This document shows, one piece after another, positions 7,993 through 16,765 of a stretch of 46,738 bases of DNA; positions within the stretch are counted from its first letter, which is position 1; every line of letters starts with the position of its first letter. The notes under the pieces are model-generated. The model was given only the letters and a program-made list of their open reading frames with translations. It did no database searches and was not told the DNA's origin. Source of the DNA: a virus (taxonomy: Duplodnaviria; Caudoviricetes); IMG/VR virus record IMGVR_UViG_3300037424_001103, positions 1 to 46,738 of that record. One strand, given 5' to 3'. The translations under genes and the position numbers were made by a program.

Positions 7993-8112
7993 AAACGCTG
8001 TTTCGGAGATCTCTTCCGGAATTATTCTCTCAAAAATCACGTCATACCCGGCCCGCTCGCTGTAGATTTTCGACGACAAAATCTGGCAAATAGACTTGTC
8101 GTCCCGCACACC
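7990..8112 (-). pseudogene. C-terminal remnant resembling the RusA Holliday junction resolvase
   Basis: Start-less frame GVRDDKSICQILSSKIYSERAGYDVIFERIIPEEISETAF* resembles the RusA DD..(I/V)......K.Y......V.I terminus. Confidence 0.45.
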
Positions 8113-8217
8113 GGTCCTTATTCGATGAAGCGGCGCATGAGTTTTTCGCTCAAGCTGAAGCGAATGCAAAGGCCAAAAAAGGATAAACCATCATCATACC
8201 AAAAAGGAGAAATAACC

Positions 8218-8583
8218 ATGAAACAAATCAGAATCGAAGTTGAAACATGTCTTACAGAAAAGGGGGAAGCAGGCTTCCGGGTGGTATCGGTCGATGCTGC
8301 CGAAAAAAAAGACCTGCCAGTCGAGTATCTCGACGGGGAAAAGTCTATCTTCATGGAAAACAGAAATTATAAACCAAATTACGCCCTGGCGATGCGTCTA
8401 CGGCGCCGGCATACTGTGGATATAGACGAAGAAATTGTTTGTGGTAGCATATGGTCTACCGAAAAGTTCGAAAAGCTGCTGTCCGAAATAAGAGAGGCGG
8501 GACAACGCCTTCATGAAATCCTGAAGGCTCGCCGGGAATTAGACCGGTCATGGTGTGGTCGCAAAGAGACGTTTATTATTTAA
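8218..8583 (+). CDS. Hypothetical protein (moron-like cassette)
   Basis: AAGGAG RBS before ATG 8218; followed by its own terminator. Confidence 0.8.
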   Translation: MKQIRIEVETCLTEKGEAGFRVVSVDAAEKKDLPVEYLDGEKSIFMENRNYKPNYALAMRLRRRHTVDIDEEIVCGSIWSTEKFEKLLSEIREAGQRLHEILKARRELDRSWCGRKETFII

Positions 8584-8610
8584 CGATAGATAGCCAAGGA
8601 CTGAATCTTG

Positions 8611-8645
8611 CGGCCGATGGCGCGTGATGCCACCGGCCGTTTTTT
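8611..8645 (+). terminator. Intrinsic terminator
   Basis: CGGCCG-a-TGGC...GCCA-c-CGGCCG followed by TTTTTT. Confidence 0.8.
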
Positions 8646-8713
8646 CACCCCTCCCCCTTCAGCCGCCAGAAAGGTAAATTCAGTCGAAACAGAGTATTTT
8701 ACGACTGCCTTGA

Positions 8714-9028
8714 TCATGGGTCGATCGTTGAGTGTTCATCCTCGTGGCAATGCACACACAGTGTTGTCATTTTATCTTGGCTGCATAAAATTTCCTGCCG
8801 GATCACATCAATGACACGCTGCCAGTTTCCTATGCCGTGATCATGGTGAACCTCGACATAAACTTCTTTGCCCTTCGCTCGGCTCTGTTTTGCGCCGCAG
8901 CCCTGGCAGACATACCCGTCCCTTTTCAGCTCGGCTTGCCGCTCCCGGCTCCTGAGCCATAATTGTCTAAGAGCTGACTTGATCTGGCTCTTAGGGGTCA
9001 CTGGCTTTTTACGGCTTGGCTTTTTCAT
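8714..9028 (-). CDS. Small HNH endonuclease
   Basis: RDGYVCQGC...VEVHH...LCVHCH; AGGAGG RBS before ATG 9028. Confidence 0.85.
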   Translation of the reverse strand: MKKPSRKKPVTPKSQIKSALRQLWLRSRERQAELKRDGYVCQGCGAKQSRAKGKEVYVEVHHDHGIGNWQRVIDVIRQEILCSQDKMTTLCVHCHEDEHSTIDP

Positions 9029-9074
9029 GACGCCTCCTGTTTTTTTGCAATGCAAGAAAGGCACGCATCGAAAA

Positions 9075-9455
9075 TCATTTGTTTTTCCATCGATCATCCT
9101 TTCCGGCGCCTTCTTTCTGCATCCAGCGCAAACACAGCAGATTCCAGACCGCTTGATCAAGGTTATGGAGTCCTGTTTTTGGATCCAAATCGTTCCCGTT
9201 TATCCACGCCACAAAATGCCTACAGACTGCGCCGATGATACGGCCCCAAACGAATCCTTTTCGCCAGTTGTTATCCTGATATTCAACGGCGCCGTGGGTG
9301 TAAACCGCGATAACTCCGTCCATCAGTTCCCACGGGAACAGATCGTATCGTGCTTTCCCGTCATCGTATTTGGTGCCCCCAGATGGCTTCTCTTCAACCG
9401 GTTCAACCCACCGCTTCACCGTCACCGGCTCGTTAAAATTCACATCACAACTCAT
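9075..9455 (-). CDS. dATP/dGTP diphosphohydrolase-domain protein (DUF5664)
   Basis: G.KYD.GK.RYDL.P...GA..Y...NW.KG...R...A..RH...W..G.D.DP.TGLH.L..A.WN; GGAGG RBS before ATG 9455. Confidence 0.85.
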   Translation of the reverse strand: MSCDVNFNEPVTVKRWVEPVEEKPSGGTKYDDGKARYDLFPWELMDGVIAVYTHGAVEYQDNNWRKGFVWGRIIGAVCRHFVAWINGNDLDPKTGLHNLDQAVWNLLCLRWMQKEGAGKDDRWKNK

Positions 9456-9481
9456 TTGCACCTCCATAATTTTTGAAATTG

Positions 9482-10900
9482 TCAATATGGCATAATAACA
9501 ACAGACGATAAATATTCACTGTCTTTATAAATTTTCCATTTCCCTGCGGGGCATTTGGATAAAGCAAAAATAGAATTGTCTTTTCTCTCCGAGAATGGTG
9601 TCAACATGCAAATTGTTTTTCCGACCACACTGTGAAGGTGCAGGCAATCTCGATTATGAAGGCATCGAGTTATCGGCTCTGCCTCCGGCGAGATTGACGG
9701 CGAAGGCGAAGGCGAACGGTTGACGGAAGTCTGTTGAATTTTGGTATCAACTGGTTTTTTGGTGGTCGGGTCTGGGCAATCCAAATCAACCATGGATGTC
9801 TCGGCTACCATAGAGGCACCCACATTTACCTCATCAACAAGGACCGCATCGTCAACGGCGGATAGCACCCATGCCCTCAAGTCATATCCCGCCTGATACG
9901 CCTCCCCGGGGTCCTTCCCCGCGGGGCATTGGAATATCTCGGCTCGCGGGAATTGTTTCAACCACCACGGGGCGGACTGGTTCCCGGCCATGTCGTTATC
10001 TAACGAGACAAGGATTTTTTTTGCATTAGTAAAAAACTGATACGAGGTTTGACCTGGTTTGGCTTGAGCACTACCGGCAGCGAATATGGTTATAATATCA
10101 CCGGCAAGCTCGTTCATCATAATAGCATCCAACTCCGACTCCACAACGAGCGCATAGCTCGCAGGGCGTTGCAAGCCTCCTGCGGGGATAATCGACTGGC
10201 TGACCTCTCCGTGGCCTTGCAACCGCATAAATGATATTGCCGACCCCGCCACGAGGATGTAGCGATCCGTTTTCACGTCTCGGGACTGCCGGACTCGAAT
10301 CCGGATGATTTTGCCATCTTGAAAATACGGAATCGTGATCCCCTCCGGCAGCCAAATGTTTTTTTTATGAACTGCCGGATCAAGGCCCCATGTTTCCGGA
10401 TCAAAGGAAAGCTGCTTTGAGATCAGACCCAGCCGGTAATTTTTAATCGCATCGGCATTGATGCCCCGGGTCATGAGGTATTGGCGGGTTTTCGCTCCCG
10501 CGGGGCTTAGGAGGTGCTTACAGGCTTGAAAAGCTTGCATTTCGGCTTTTGCCTGCCACGTTTCGTTTACGTCGCGGGCGCTGCGCGGTTCGAATGTTTG
10601 GGGCCGGCGGGATGATAGGTCAACCGGATCGGTTGAGATCTTGACAGGTATCTGAAAATTTTTGCATGCTTGCGAGTAGGTCTTGTGTTGAAGATCCATG
10701 TACAACTTGATACCGTCGCCGGCGCGCTGGCAGGACCGGCATATAAATTTCCCCGTGACTGAATCAGGATGATTCGGCCACACGGTGAATCTGTCGCGGC
10801 CGCCACACCAAACGCAAGGCGATTTCCATTCGCCACCGTTTGTCTGCGCTTTCAGTTCGGGGATAATCCCGGCCGCCTCAATAATTTCGATGATATTCAT
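9482..10900 (-). CDS. DNA primase (zinc finger + Toprim)
   Basis: PCVWCGGRDRF...CRSC...GD.I; VVESELDA; LDNDMAG; GKDPGE. Confidence 0.9.
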   Translation of the reverse strand: MNIIEIIEAAGIIPELKAQTNGGEWKSPCVWCGGRDRFTVWPNHPDSVTGKFICRSCQRAGDGIKLYMDLQHKTYSQACKNFQIPVKISTDPVDLSSRRPQTFEPRSARDVNETWQAKAEMQAFQACKHLLSPAGAKTRQYLMTRGINADAIKNYRLGLISKQLSFDPETWGLDPAVHKKNIWLPEGITIPYFQDGKIIRIRVRQSRDVKTDRYILVAGSAISFMRLQGHGEVSQSIIPAGGLQRPASYALVVESELDAIMMNELAGDIITIFAAGSAQAKPGQTSYQFFTNAKKILVSLDNDMAGNQSAPWWLKQFPRAEIFQCPAGKDPGEAYQAGYDLRAWVLSAVDDAVLVDEVNVGASMVAETSMVDLDCPDPTTKKPVDTKIQQTSVNRSPSPSPSISPEAEPITRCLHNRDCLHLHSVVGKTICMLTPFSERKDNSIFALSKCPAGKWKIYKDSEYLSSVVIMPY

Positions 10901-11226
10901 GGGGCAACCTCTTCAAGGATGTAACCATCGCGCCAACAATAGCAGTGTGACGCTCGGTGCCCATTACCGGCTCCAAACTTCGCCCCGCAACCACCTGCGC
11001 CGTGCCAATGTCTTTGCTCACAAACAGGGCAAATAAATGTCAATTGAATGCCGTCCGGCGTCCTGGTAGCACCAAAGGTGGGTACCGCGGGAAAACCTGC
11101 TCGCCTGTCAAGAAGCGTTAAGCACCTCTTGCAGGTGATCTCTGAAGGATTATCGGTGGACTCCTCGCCATAATAGTGAGACTGGTTGCACCCGCTTTTT
11201 TCAATGTGAATTTTGCAGATTTTCAT
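10897..11226 (-). CDS. Cys/His-rich hypothetical protein
   Basis: ITCKRC and CPVC..RH.HG...GHR.SHC; AGGAG RBS; ATGA overlap. Confidence 0.8.
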   Translation of the reverse strand: MKICKIHIEKSGCNQSHYYGEESTDNPSEITCKRCLTLLDRRAGFPAVPTFGATRTPDGIQLTFICPVCEQRHWHGAGGCGAKFGAGNGHRASHCYCWRDGYILEEVAP

Positions 11227-11260
11227 AATTTTAATCTCCTTTGTTTTATCGCTCCTTGAG

Positions 11261-11546
11261 TGTCAAAATTTTGACAGTGATTTCCTCGAAAAATAGCAAA
11301 TCACTTGTCTTTTAATAATAATAACAATTAGTTATTTGTTTTTAAGTGAAAGTGATTTCAAAAAAAACTAAAACTCTCACCATGCGCGTGTATGTGCGCA
11401 TAAATTAATGCGTATGCGTTATGTGTGTTTGTATATATATCATCACTTAATATCACTTGTATATATATCCATTTAATATTGTTAATAATTCATAAGTGAT
11501 TTTCAAAGTGATTTTACAGTGATTAAGTGACTTTGGTATTAAGTGT
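11261..11546. other. Putative replication origin (iterons + AT-rich core)
   Basis: Non-coding AT-rich gap with 10 AGTGA cores in both orientations and the palindrome TGTCAAAATTTTGACA, just downstream of the D5 helicase gene. Confidence 0.75.
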
Positions 11547-11550
11547 GCTC

Positions 11551-13239
11551 TCATATGATAATTTCCCGCAAACCAGAAACCTGTTTATACCCATCCTTGA
11601 TACTGATTTGAAACCGTTGCCCCAACTCATCAAAAAACTTTTGTTTCCCTGATGCCGTATACCCTGAATCTTTTGACCAGTCCTTATATCTCTTATAAAT
11701 ATCTGTTATTCTTATTTTTGCATATTGATCTTTAACGCAACATTCCTCTATAAATTCACCGATACGGTCTTCGTGCGCGTGATAATCACTTGTTGATGCT
11801 ATGACGGCCTCAGGCGGGTTCAAGCCCTGTTCTTGATATTTAATACAGCCCTTAACAAGCCACGCCAAAATACCTTGCTTTGAATCTTTGGTCCTTAACC
11901 GGGCTTCAAGTCCAGGATCTTTTTTCCGTTGGAAAGGATCATTTAAATCTGGGTTTGTATAGTAGGAAAACAAAAAGGGAATTAAATGTACTCTGTGCCA
12001 AAGAGCTTTATCGGCGGCTGGCATTTTTGGTCTGTGATTAGTCAGCAAAAGCATCAAGTGCGATGGCTTAAAGGTGAGCTGTTCTTTTGCATATGGCGCC
12101 CGACAAGAAATAGCGTCATTGCCTGATAATTCCTTGATTCTGGAAGCATCTATTCTGTCACCGTCGTTTGTCTCTGAACACCAAACAATCCGCTTGCCTC
12201 GCATTTTAACCATGGAAGCGTCCGATCCTGATGCAGGGGCTTGCTGTTTATTTTGCAAAACAAATGAGGCGGGAGCCTTATAAGCCAAGTCCTGTCCAAG
12301 GACATCGGCCAAAGTTTCCAGCATGGTCGTTTTCCCATTTCGTCCTTTTCCTCCCCATAAAACCGGATAAACAGGCTCATTTGACAATCCGGTAATCCCA
12401 TATCCAAGAAGGCGTTGAAGATATTCAACAATGTCTTTGTTTTGATCTTGGATGTCATATAAAAATCTTACCCACTCGTCACGAGGCGTTTCAAGACCAG
12501 TATACTCAAGGGGGACAACATTTTTGATATATTCATCTCGTTGACCTTGATGAAGATTACCTGTCCTGAGATCAATCACTCCGTTTTTGCATCCAAGTAA
12601 CCACGGATTCGAATCCCACTCTGTTCCGTCAATCGCCAAGGCCTTGATACCCATTCGCGCCCTGGTGATCACGTTCTTTTTCCGAAAAAGAGTATGGAGT
12701 GATTCCCGTCGTATTTGAAGCTGATGTATTAAATATTTGCAGTTTTTCTGCTCATTTTCATCTTTTGATAATGCAAGTTTATGTTGCTGATGATTCAATT
12801 CCTCGGCATAAACACTCGAAACAATTTCAATATCAACCGATGATTGCTTAAACCTGTCTTTGCGCCAATAGTGGTCATTCCAGTAATACCATTGTTCCTC
12901 CTTGACGTCGAAACGGTACTGATCCTTAAAAAGGTGGATGAAAATCTTGGCGTCACCATCCTCATTTTCGTGCAGGCATCGGATAATATCAGTGGATGAT
13001 AAGTCGTGGGTGTGAAAATCCGGCGCGGCAGGCTGTTGGCAAAGGTTTTTCCCGAACGCCAGTAATTTTGCCCGGCGTTCGTCCTCACTGTCACCCGCCT
13101 TCACCTGCGGTGGGCTCCCTTCCGTTGACGTGGTGGGCGACGGTTGCGGAAGCGGCGGAGAGGGAGCAGGCGACGGCGGGGAAGGTGTGATCGGCGGGAC
13201 ATTGGGTTTTGGTTCTATCGGATCTGTTTGAGGGGGCAT
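11551..13239 (-). CDS. P4-family/D5-like SF3 helicase
   Basis: D5_N region (WD..PWLLG.KNGVIDLRTG), Walker A G.GRNGKTT, SET, IKELSG.D.I..R, TNH.P, C-terminal winged-helix-like segment. Confidence 0.93.
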   Translation of the reverse strand: MPPQTDPIEPKPNVPPITPSPPSPAPSPPLPQPSPTTSTEGSPPQVKAGDSEDERRAKLLAFGKNLCQQPAAPDFHTHDLSSTDIIRCLHENEDGDAKIFIHLFKDQYRFDVKEEQWYYWNDHYWRKDRFKQSSVDIEIVSSVYAEELNHQQHKLALSKDENEQKNCKYLIHQLQIRRESLHTLFRKKNVITRARMGIKALAIDGTEWDSNPWLLGCKNGVIDLRTGNLHQGQRDEYIKNVVPLEYTGLETPRDEWVRFLYDIQDQNKDIVEYLQRLLGYGITGLSNEPVYPVLWGGKGRNGKTTMLETLADVLGQDLAYKAPASFVLQNKQQAPASGSDASMVKMRGKRIVWCSETNDGDRIDASRIKELSGNDAISCRAPYAKEQLTFKPSHLMLLLTNHRPKMPAADKALWHRVHLIPFLFSYYTNPDLNDPFQRKKDPGLEARLRTKDSKQGILAWLVKGCIKYQEQGLNPPEAVIASTSDYHAHEDRIGEFIEECCVKDQYAKIRITDIYKRYKDWSKDSGYTASGKQKFFDELGQRFQISIKDGYKQVSGLREIII

Positions 13240-13723
13240 TATCAGAGTCCTTGTTATCGGTATAAAAGCGGTGGAGTAACAGGAAGGTGGTTTTTTCGGC
13301 CATGCTTCGGTTCAGGCACGCCCACACACATATCCCGTATCGAGTCGAAAAAGCAATAAGAGACCGATACAGCGCCCGGGGATTCATTGACGAGGTTTCG
13401 GGCGGATCGGTGAAGATGGCGCCAAGGTCACGCTCGATTATGATTGCGGAATAAGTGAACTCGGATAACCTCTGGCATTCACGCTCAAAACGTTCGCGGC
13501 CCCGGCCAAGTGACCCAAAGAGATCATTAAAATTTTTCCTCTCCAAGGCGATAGATGGCCCGATAGGGGATGGTGTTGACATGTCCTCAATCGAATAATC
13601 GCCGGCGTTAAGGGTTGCAGTTTTGATCTTAAGGTCTGGAAAATCACGGTGGCCTATCTTGTCATAAAAAAAAGGTTGCTGCTCCCGGGTATCAACCAGC
13701 ACTGTGAATGTCGATACCGGCAT
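13091..13723 (-). CDS. ERCC4 (XPF/Mus81-like) nuclease
   Basis: VDTREQ, L..GDYSI, ERK...DL..S....R.RF.RE..RL. Confidence 0.9.
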   Translation of the reverse strand: MPVSTFTVLVDTREQQPFFYDKIGHRDFPDLKIKTATLNAGDYSIEDMSTPSPIGPSIALERKNFNDLFGSLGRGRERFERECQRLSEFTYSAIIIERDLGAIFTDPPETSSMNPRALYRSLIAFSTRYGICVWACLNRSMAEKTTFLLLHRFYTDNKDSDNAPSNRSDRTKTQCPADHTFPAVACSLSAASATVAHHVNGREPTAGEGG

Positions 13724-15010
13724 TTATATTCCCTCCATCTGGGCCACACAGTCAACCATCCGCTCTTTCAGCCGGGTTAATCGGTAGTGTGCCTTGTTGT
13801 TCGCTACCATCCTTAACATCGAATCCAGTTGCCCCACGGTGATGCAAATCGTCTTAGCCCGGCTAACCGCTGTATAGAGCAATGGCCGGTTGACGAAATA
13901 CTGAAACGATGAATGCAGCGGGAAAATGACAACCGGAAATTGACCACCTTGTGATTTGTGGACTGTCATCGCCCAGGCATGGAGCAGTTTGTTATTTTTG
14001 ATCGGCAACAAGACAGTCCGATCCGGGTCGGAAAAAGTAATCTGCAATTTCTTCGTCCCCGGCAGGATCATATCGACAAATCCGACATCTCCGTTTGAGA
14101 CGTAGCATTCATCTTCCGGCGATCCGACCGGGCATGGGTATATTTTGTTGACACAGTTCAAAACCTTGTCTCCAGGCCAAAACGCGGACTCGGTTTCAGC
14201 CACGCCATGGCGCTTATGCCCCTCCGGATTCAGCCGCGCCCGGATTTTCAGATTCAACGCCTCGCATGATAATTCCCCGCGCGTGTTGACCGGTGACAAT
14301 ACCTGGACGTCGCGCCCCGGATCAAACCCCCGCAGAGGCATACGGTCACACATGATTTTCACGATCGCGTCGGCGGTTTGCTCCGGCGTCATGGTTTCCA
14401 CATGGATTAAATTCCGAGGCGCCTCGGCCCCCAGGTCAATCTCCGGGTCAGGGGCGTACTCCCGTCCGGAATGGATGTCAGCGCAAGCACGAACAATTGA
14501 TCCGGCGTTCCGGTGGATGATATCCAGTTCCACGCACGGGATCAGCCCGGAGCTTATCAGGTCCCGGAGGATCGCCCCCGGCCCGATGGCGGGGAGCTGG
14601 TACTGGTCGCCGACGAACACAGCGGACGTGTTGCGGCCCACCGCCGCCAGCAAGTCCGCCATGAGCGAGTTGGTAATCATACTGGCCTCATCAATGATCA
14701 AGAGATCCGTGTGGAGAGGGTTTTCCCGGTTATGAATAAATTGAAATTCATCATTGACAAAAATACACCCGAGGGTTGAGTGAATTGTCGCCGCCGGCAT
14801 TCCGGTTGCCTCTTGCATCCGGCGGGCAGCTTTCCCGGTAGGCGCTGCGAGCGTGATACTTTTACCGGCCGCTTCCGCACGAGCGATTACCTCCACGAGT
14901 ACCGTGGTTTTCCCGGTTCCAGGTTTGCCGGTAATCACTGAGAATTTGTTGCTCATGACCATGGCAACCGCCGCTTGCTGCTGGTCGGTCAGTGTTATTT
15001 TTTCTGACAC
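13724..15010 (-). CDS. RecD2-like SF1B helicase, motor half
   Basis: ITGKPGTGKTT, APTGKAA, IIDEASM, VGD.YQLP.IGPG, AMTVHKSQG, LLYTAVSRAK. Confidence 0.93.
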   Translation of the reverse strand: MSEKITLTDQQQAAVAMVMSNKFSVITGKPGTGKTTVLVEVIARAEAAGKSITLAAPTGKAARRMQEATGMPAATIHSTLGCIFVNDEFQFIHNRENPLHTDLLIIDEASMITNSLMADLLAAVGRNTSAVFVGDQYQLPAIGPGAILRDLISSGLIPCVELDIIHRNAGSIVRACADIHSGREYAPDPEIDLGAEAPRNLIHVETMTPEQTADAIVKIMCDRMPLRGFDPGRDVQVLSPVNTRGELSCEALNLKIRARLNPEGHKRHGVAETESAFWPGDKVLNCVNKIYPCPVGSPEDECYVSNGDVGFVDMILPGTKKLQITFSDPDRTVLLPIKNNKLLHAWAMTVHKSQGGQFPVVIFPLHSSFQYFVNRPLLYTAVSRAKTICITVGQLDSMLRMVANNKAHYRLTRLKERMVDCVAQMEGI

Positions 15011-15014
15011 TGCA

Positions 15015-15983
15015 TCACCCCCATATCAATCGCTCTGCGATGTATTTTTCAGCTTCACTTTTGCCGGCGGACGTGTAGGCCCCGTTCCAAAATTCCCATC
15101 CGCCGGAGGCGATCAGCGCGTCAACCCCGTCAAAAATGTTGTTAACCGGCACCAGCGCCAGCATTTGGAGCTGTAAGTCATCTCGGGAGATCCATACGTC
15201 CCCATTCACCTGCCCCGCTTCGTCAAGCACATGCTCGGCCACGGCCTTTTTCCGTTCCAGACCAGCCGGGTCGTACCCGATTTGGATCGCTACCCGGTCA
15301 GCGAGTATAAACCCGATGCCCCGGAATTGAGTCAGTAGGTATGGGTTCCGCCTGACTTCCGCCGGCGCATTTGACCCGTACTTCTCAATCAAGCGCATCG
15401 GCGTTGACTTGATCATGCCCGGCATGTCAAGCATGGTTTCCAGCTCGATCATGGCGGCTTCAGTTGCGGCGTTCTCCAAAAGCGTTGCCTGGATCTCCGC
15501 TGCGCGAGTTGGGGTGACTCCCCGGACTTGAGCGGCCACTCGTTCGGGATCTTCCCTGAGCACTCGCATGGTGTCCGAGCCGAACTGGTCGATAATATAC
15601 GACGCCGTGGCCGTGCCGACGAATTTACATATCCGCACCAAGTACTTGTGAATGCCGTTTAGGTCAGTTGGTTCCACGGTTTTGAAAAATTCGAATGCGA
15701 ACTGCCGGCCATATTTGTGGTTATCCTTAAACTCCCCTGTCAATGAATATTCCATCCCTACCTGAGGGTTTAAAATCTCTCCCAGGGCGATGAAAGTGGA
15801 GTTGTCATTAAAAATATCGTCCGGGTCGTTTTCGGGAAATAAATCACCGTCTGGGAATGGCTCATCCTCGCCCTTGCTCGCGGCAGCGGCGAAACTCCCG
15901 ATCATAAACCCGGATTCAGGCCGGTGGAAAATTATCTTTTTCAGCACCCCACGGATACTGATATTACCGTATGTTTTGGACAT
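15015..15983 (-). CDS. RecD2-like helicase, N-terminal half (OB-like + HhH domains)
   Basis: H.KYGRQF, NPY.L....GIGF..AD..A, AE..IAERL. Confidence 0.88.
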   Translation of the reverse strand: MSKTYGNISIRGVLKKIIFHRPESGFMIGSFAAAASKGEDEPFPDGDLFPENDPDDIFNDNSTFIALGEILNPQVGMEYSLTGEFKDNHKYGRQFAFEFFKTVEPTDLNGIHKYLVRICKFVGTATASYIIDQFGSDTMRVLREDPERVAAQVRGVTPTRAAEIQATLLENAATEAAMIELETMLDMPGMIKSTPMRLIEKYGSNAPAEVRRNPYLLTQFRGIGFILADRVAIQIGYDPAGLERKKAVAEHVLDEAGQVNGDVWISRDDLQLQMLALVPVNNIFDGVDALIASGGWEFWNGAYTSAGKSEAEKYIAERLIWG

Positions 15984-16728
15984 GGTTTATCATCTCCTTA
16001 ATTGCGTATTGGCATGGCCCCATCGGGATTTGCTCGTACCCCTCTGGCGTTAAATGTATCAGTTCCCGCCGGTATTCCCGCGCTTCCGGGAAATATCCCT
16101 CGGTCTCGATAATCATTTGGTACAAACTGAGCTGCAACTCGTAATGCGTGATGTCGCAGTCCTGTAAATATTCGATCGGCGACAGCCCTCTTTGGTAAAA
16201 ATTAGAGTAGGACAATTTCTTATTCTGTTTCCAGTCAAAAATTATCAGATCTTTTGCGCGATGATCGAACATTAACAGGTCAACGGTTCCGGCTATCCCG
16301 AGGGCCGGGCTGAAAATAATCACCTCGGCCCCCACGAACTGATACCGACGGAGCAGTTTAAACGCCGCGGCATTGACTTGTTGAAAAAGCTTTTCGTTCC
16401 GGTGGGAGATAGGCGCCGGCAACAACGCCTTTGGGTAATGCATCATGAGCGCTTCGGCGTAGGCGTGGACATTGGTCCCTTCGTCCCGGCCTCGATCGCC
16501 CTCGGCCTGCCACTCGGCCATAATTTCTTCCGGGCCCCGGCCGGAATATTTTGAGTTCATCCCGGACGAACACGTTCTCGCCATTTTCTCAGCATCGAAT
16601 TTCGGGAAAAACGACCCGATGAATTGAGTAGCGGATCGGTACGGCTGCCCATCCGAGTCAATATACCGGTGGTCATCGGCTGTGAAGGTTATCGACTTCC
16701 CGGAGGGGTTATACGCTATTCTGTTCAT
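15964..16728 (-). CDS. PD-(D/E)XK exonuclease
   Basis: H.Y...S.T..I, GT.VH...E, E.......IAGTVDL, IFDWK, Y.LQLSLY; start uncertain (16728/16737/16785). Confidence 0.85.
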   Translation of the reverse strand: MNRIAYNPSGKSITFTADDHRYIDSDGQPYRSATQFIGSFFPKFDAEKMARTCSSGMNSKYSGRGPEEIMAEWQAEGDRGRDEGTNVHAYAEALMMHYPKALLPAPISHRNEKLFQQVNAAAFKLLRRYQFVGAEVIIFSPALGIAGTVDLLMFDHRAKDLIIFDWKQNKKLSYSNFYQRGLSPIEYLQDCDITHYELQLSLYQMIIETEGYFPEAREYRRELIHLTPEGYEQIPMGPCQYAIKEMINHVQNIR

Positions 16729-16765
16729 CGGGCTCATTCCTTTTTTTTCATGCCCCGCAGGGCTA

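Noticed and set aside
11261-11546. CRISPR array or DGR template repeat
   Set aside because: The repeats are 5-9 bp, irregularly spaced, in both orientations and unrelated to the VR
15015-15017. Selenocysteine or TGA read-through joining the RecD2 halves
   Set aside because: The downstream half is in a different frame
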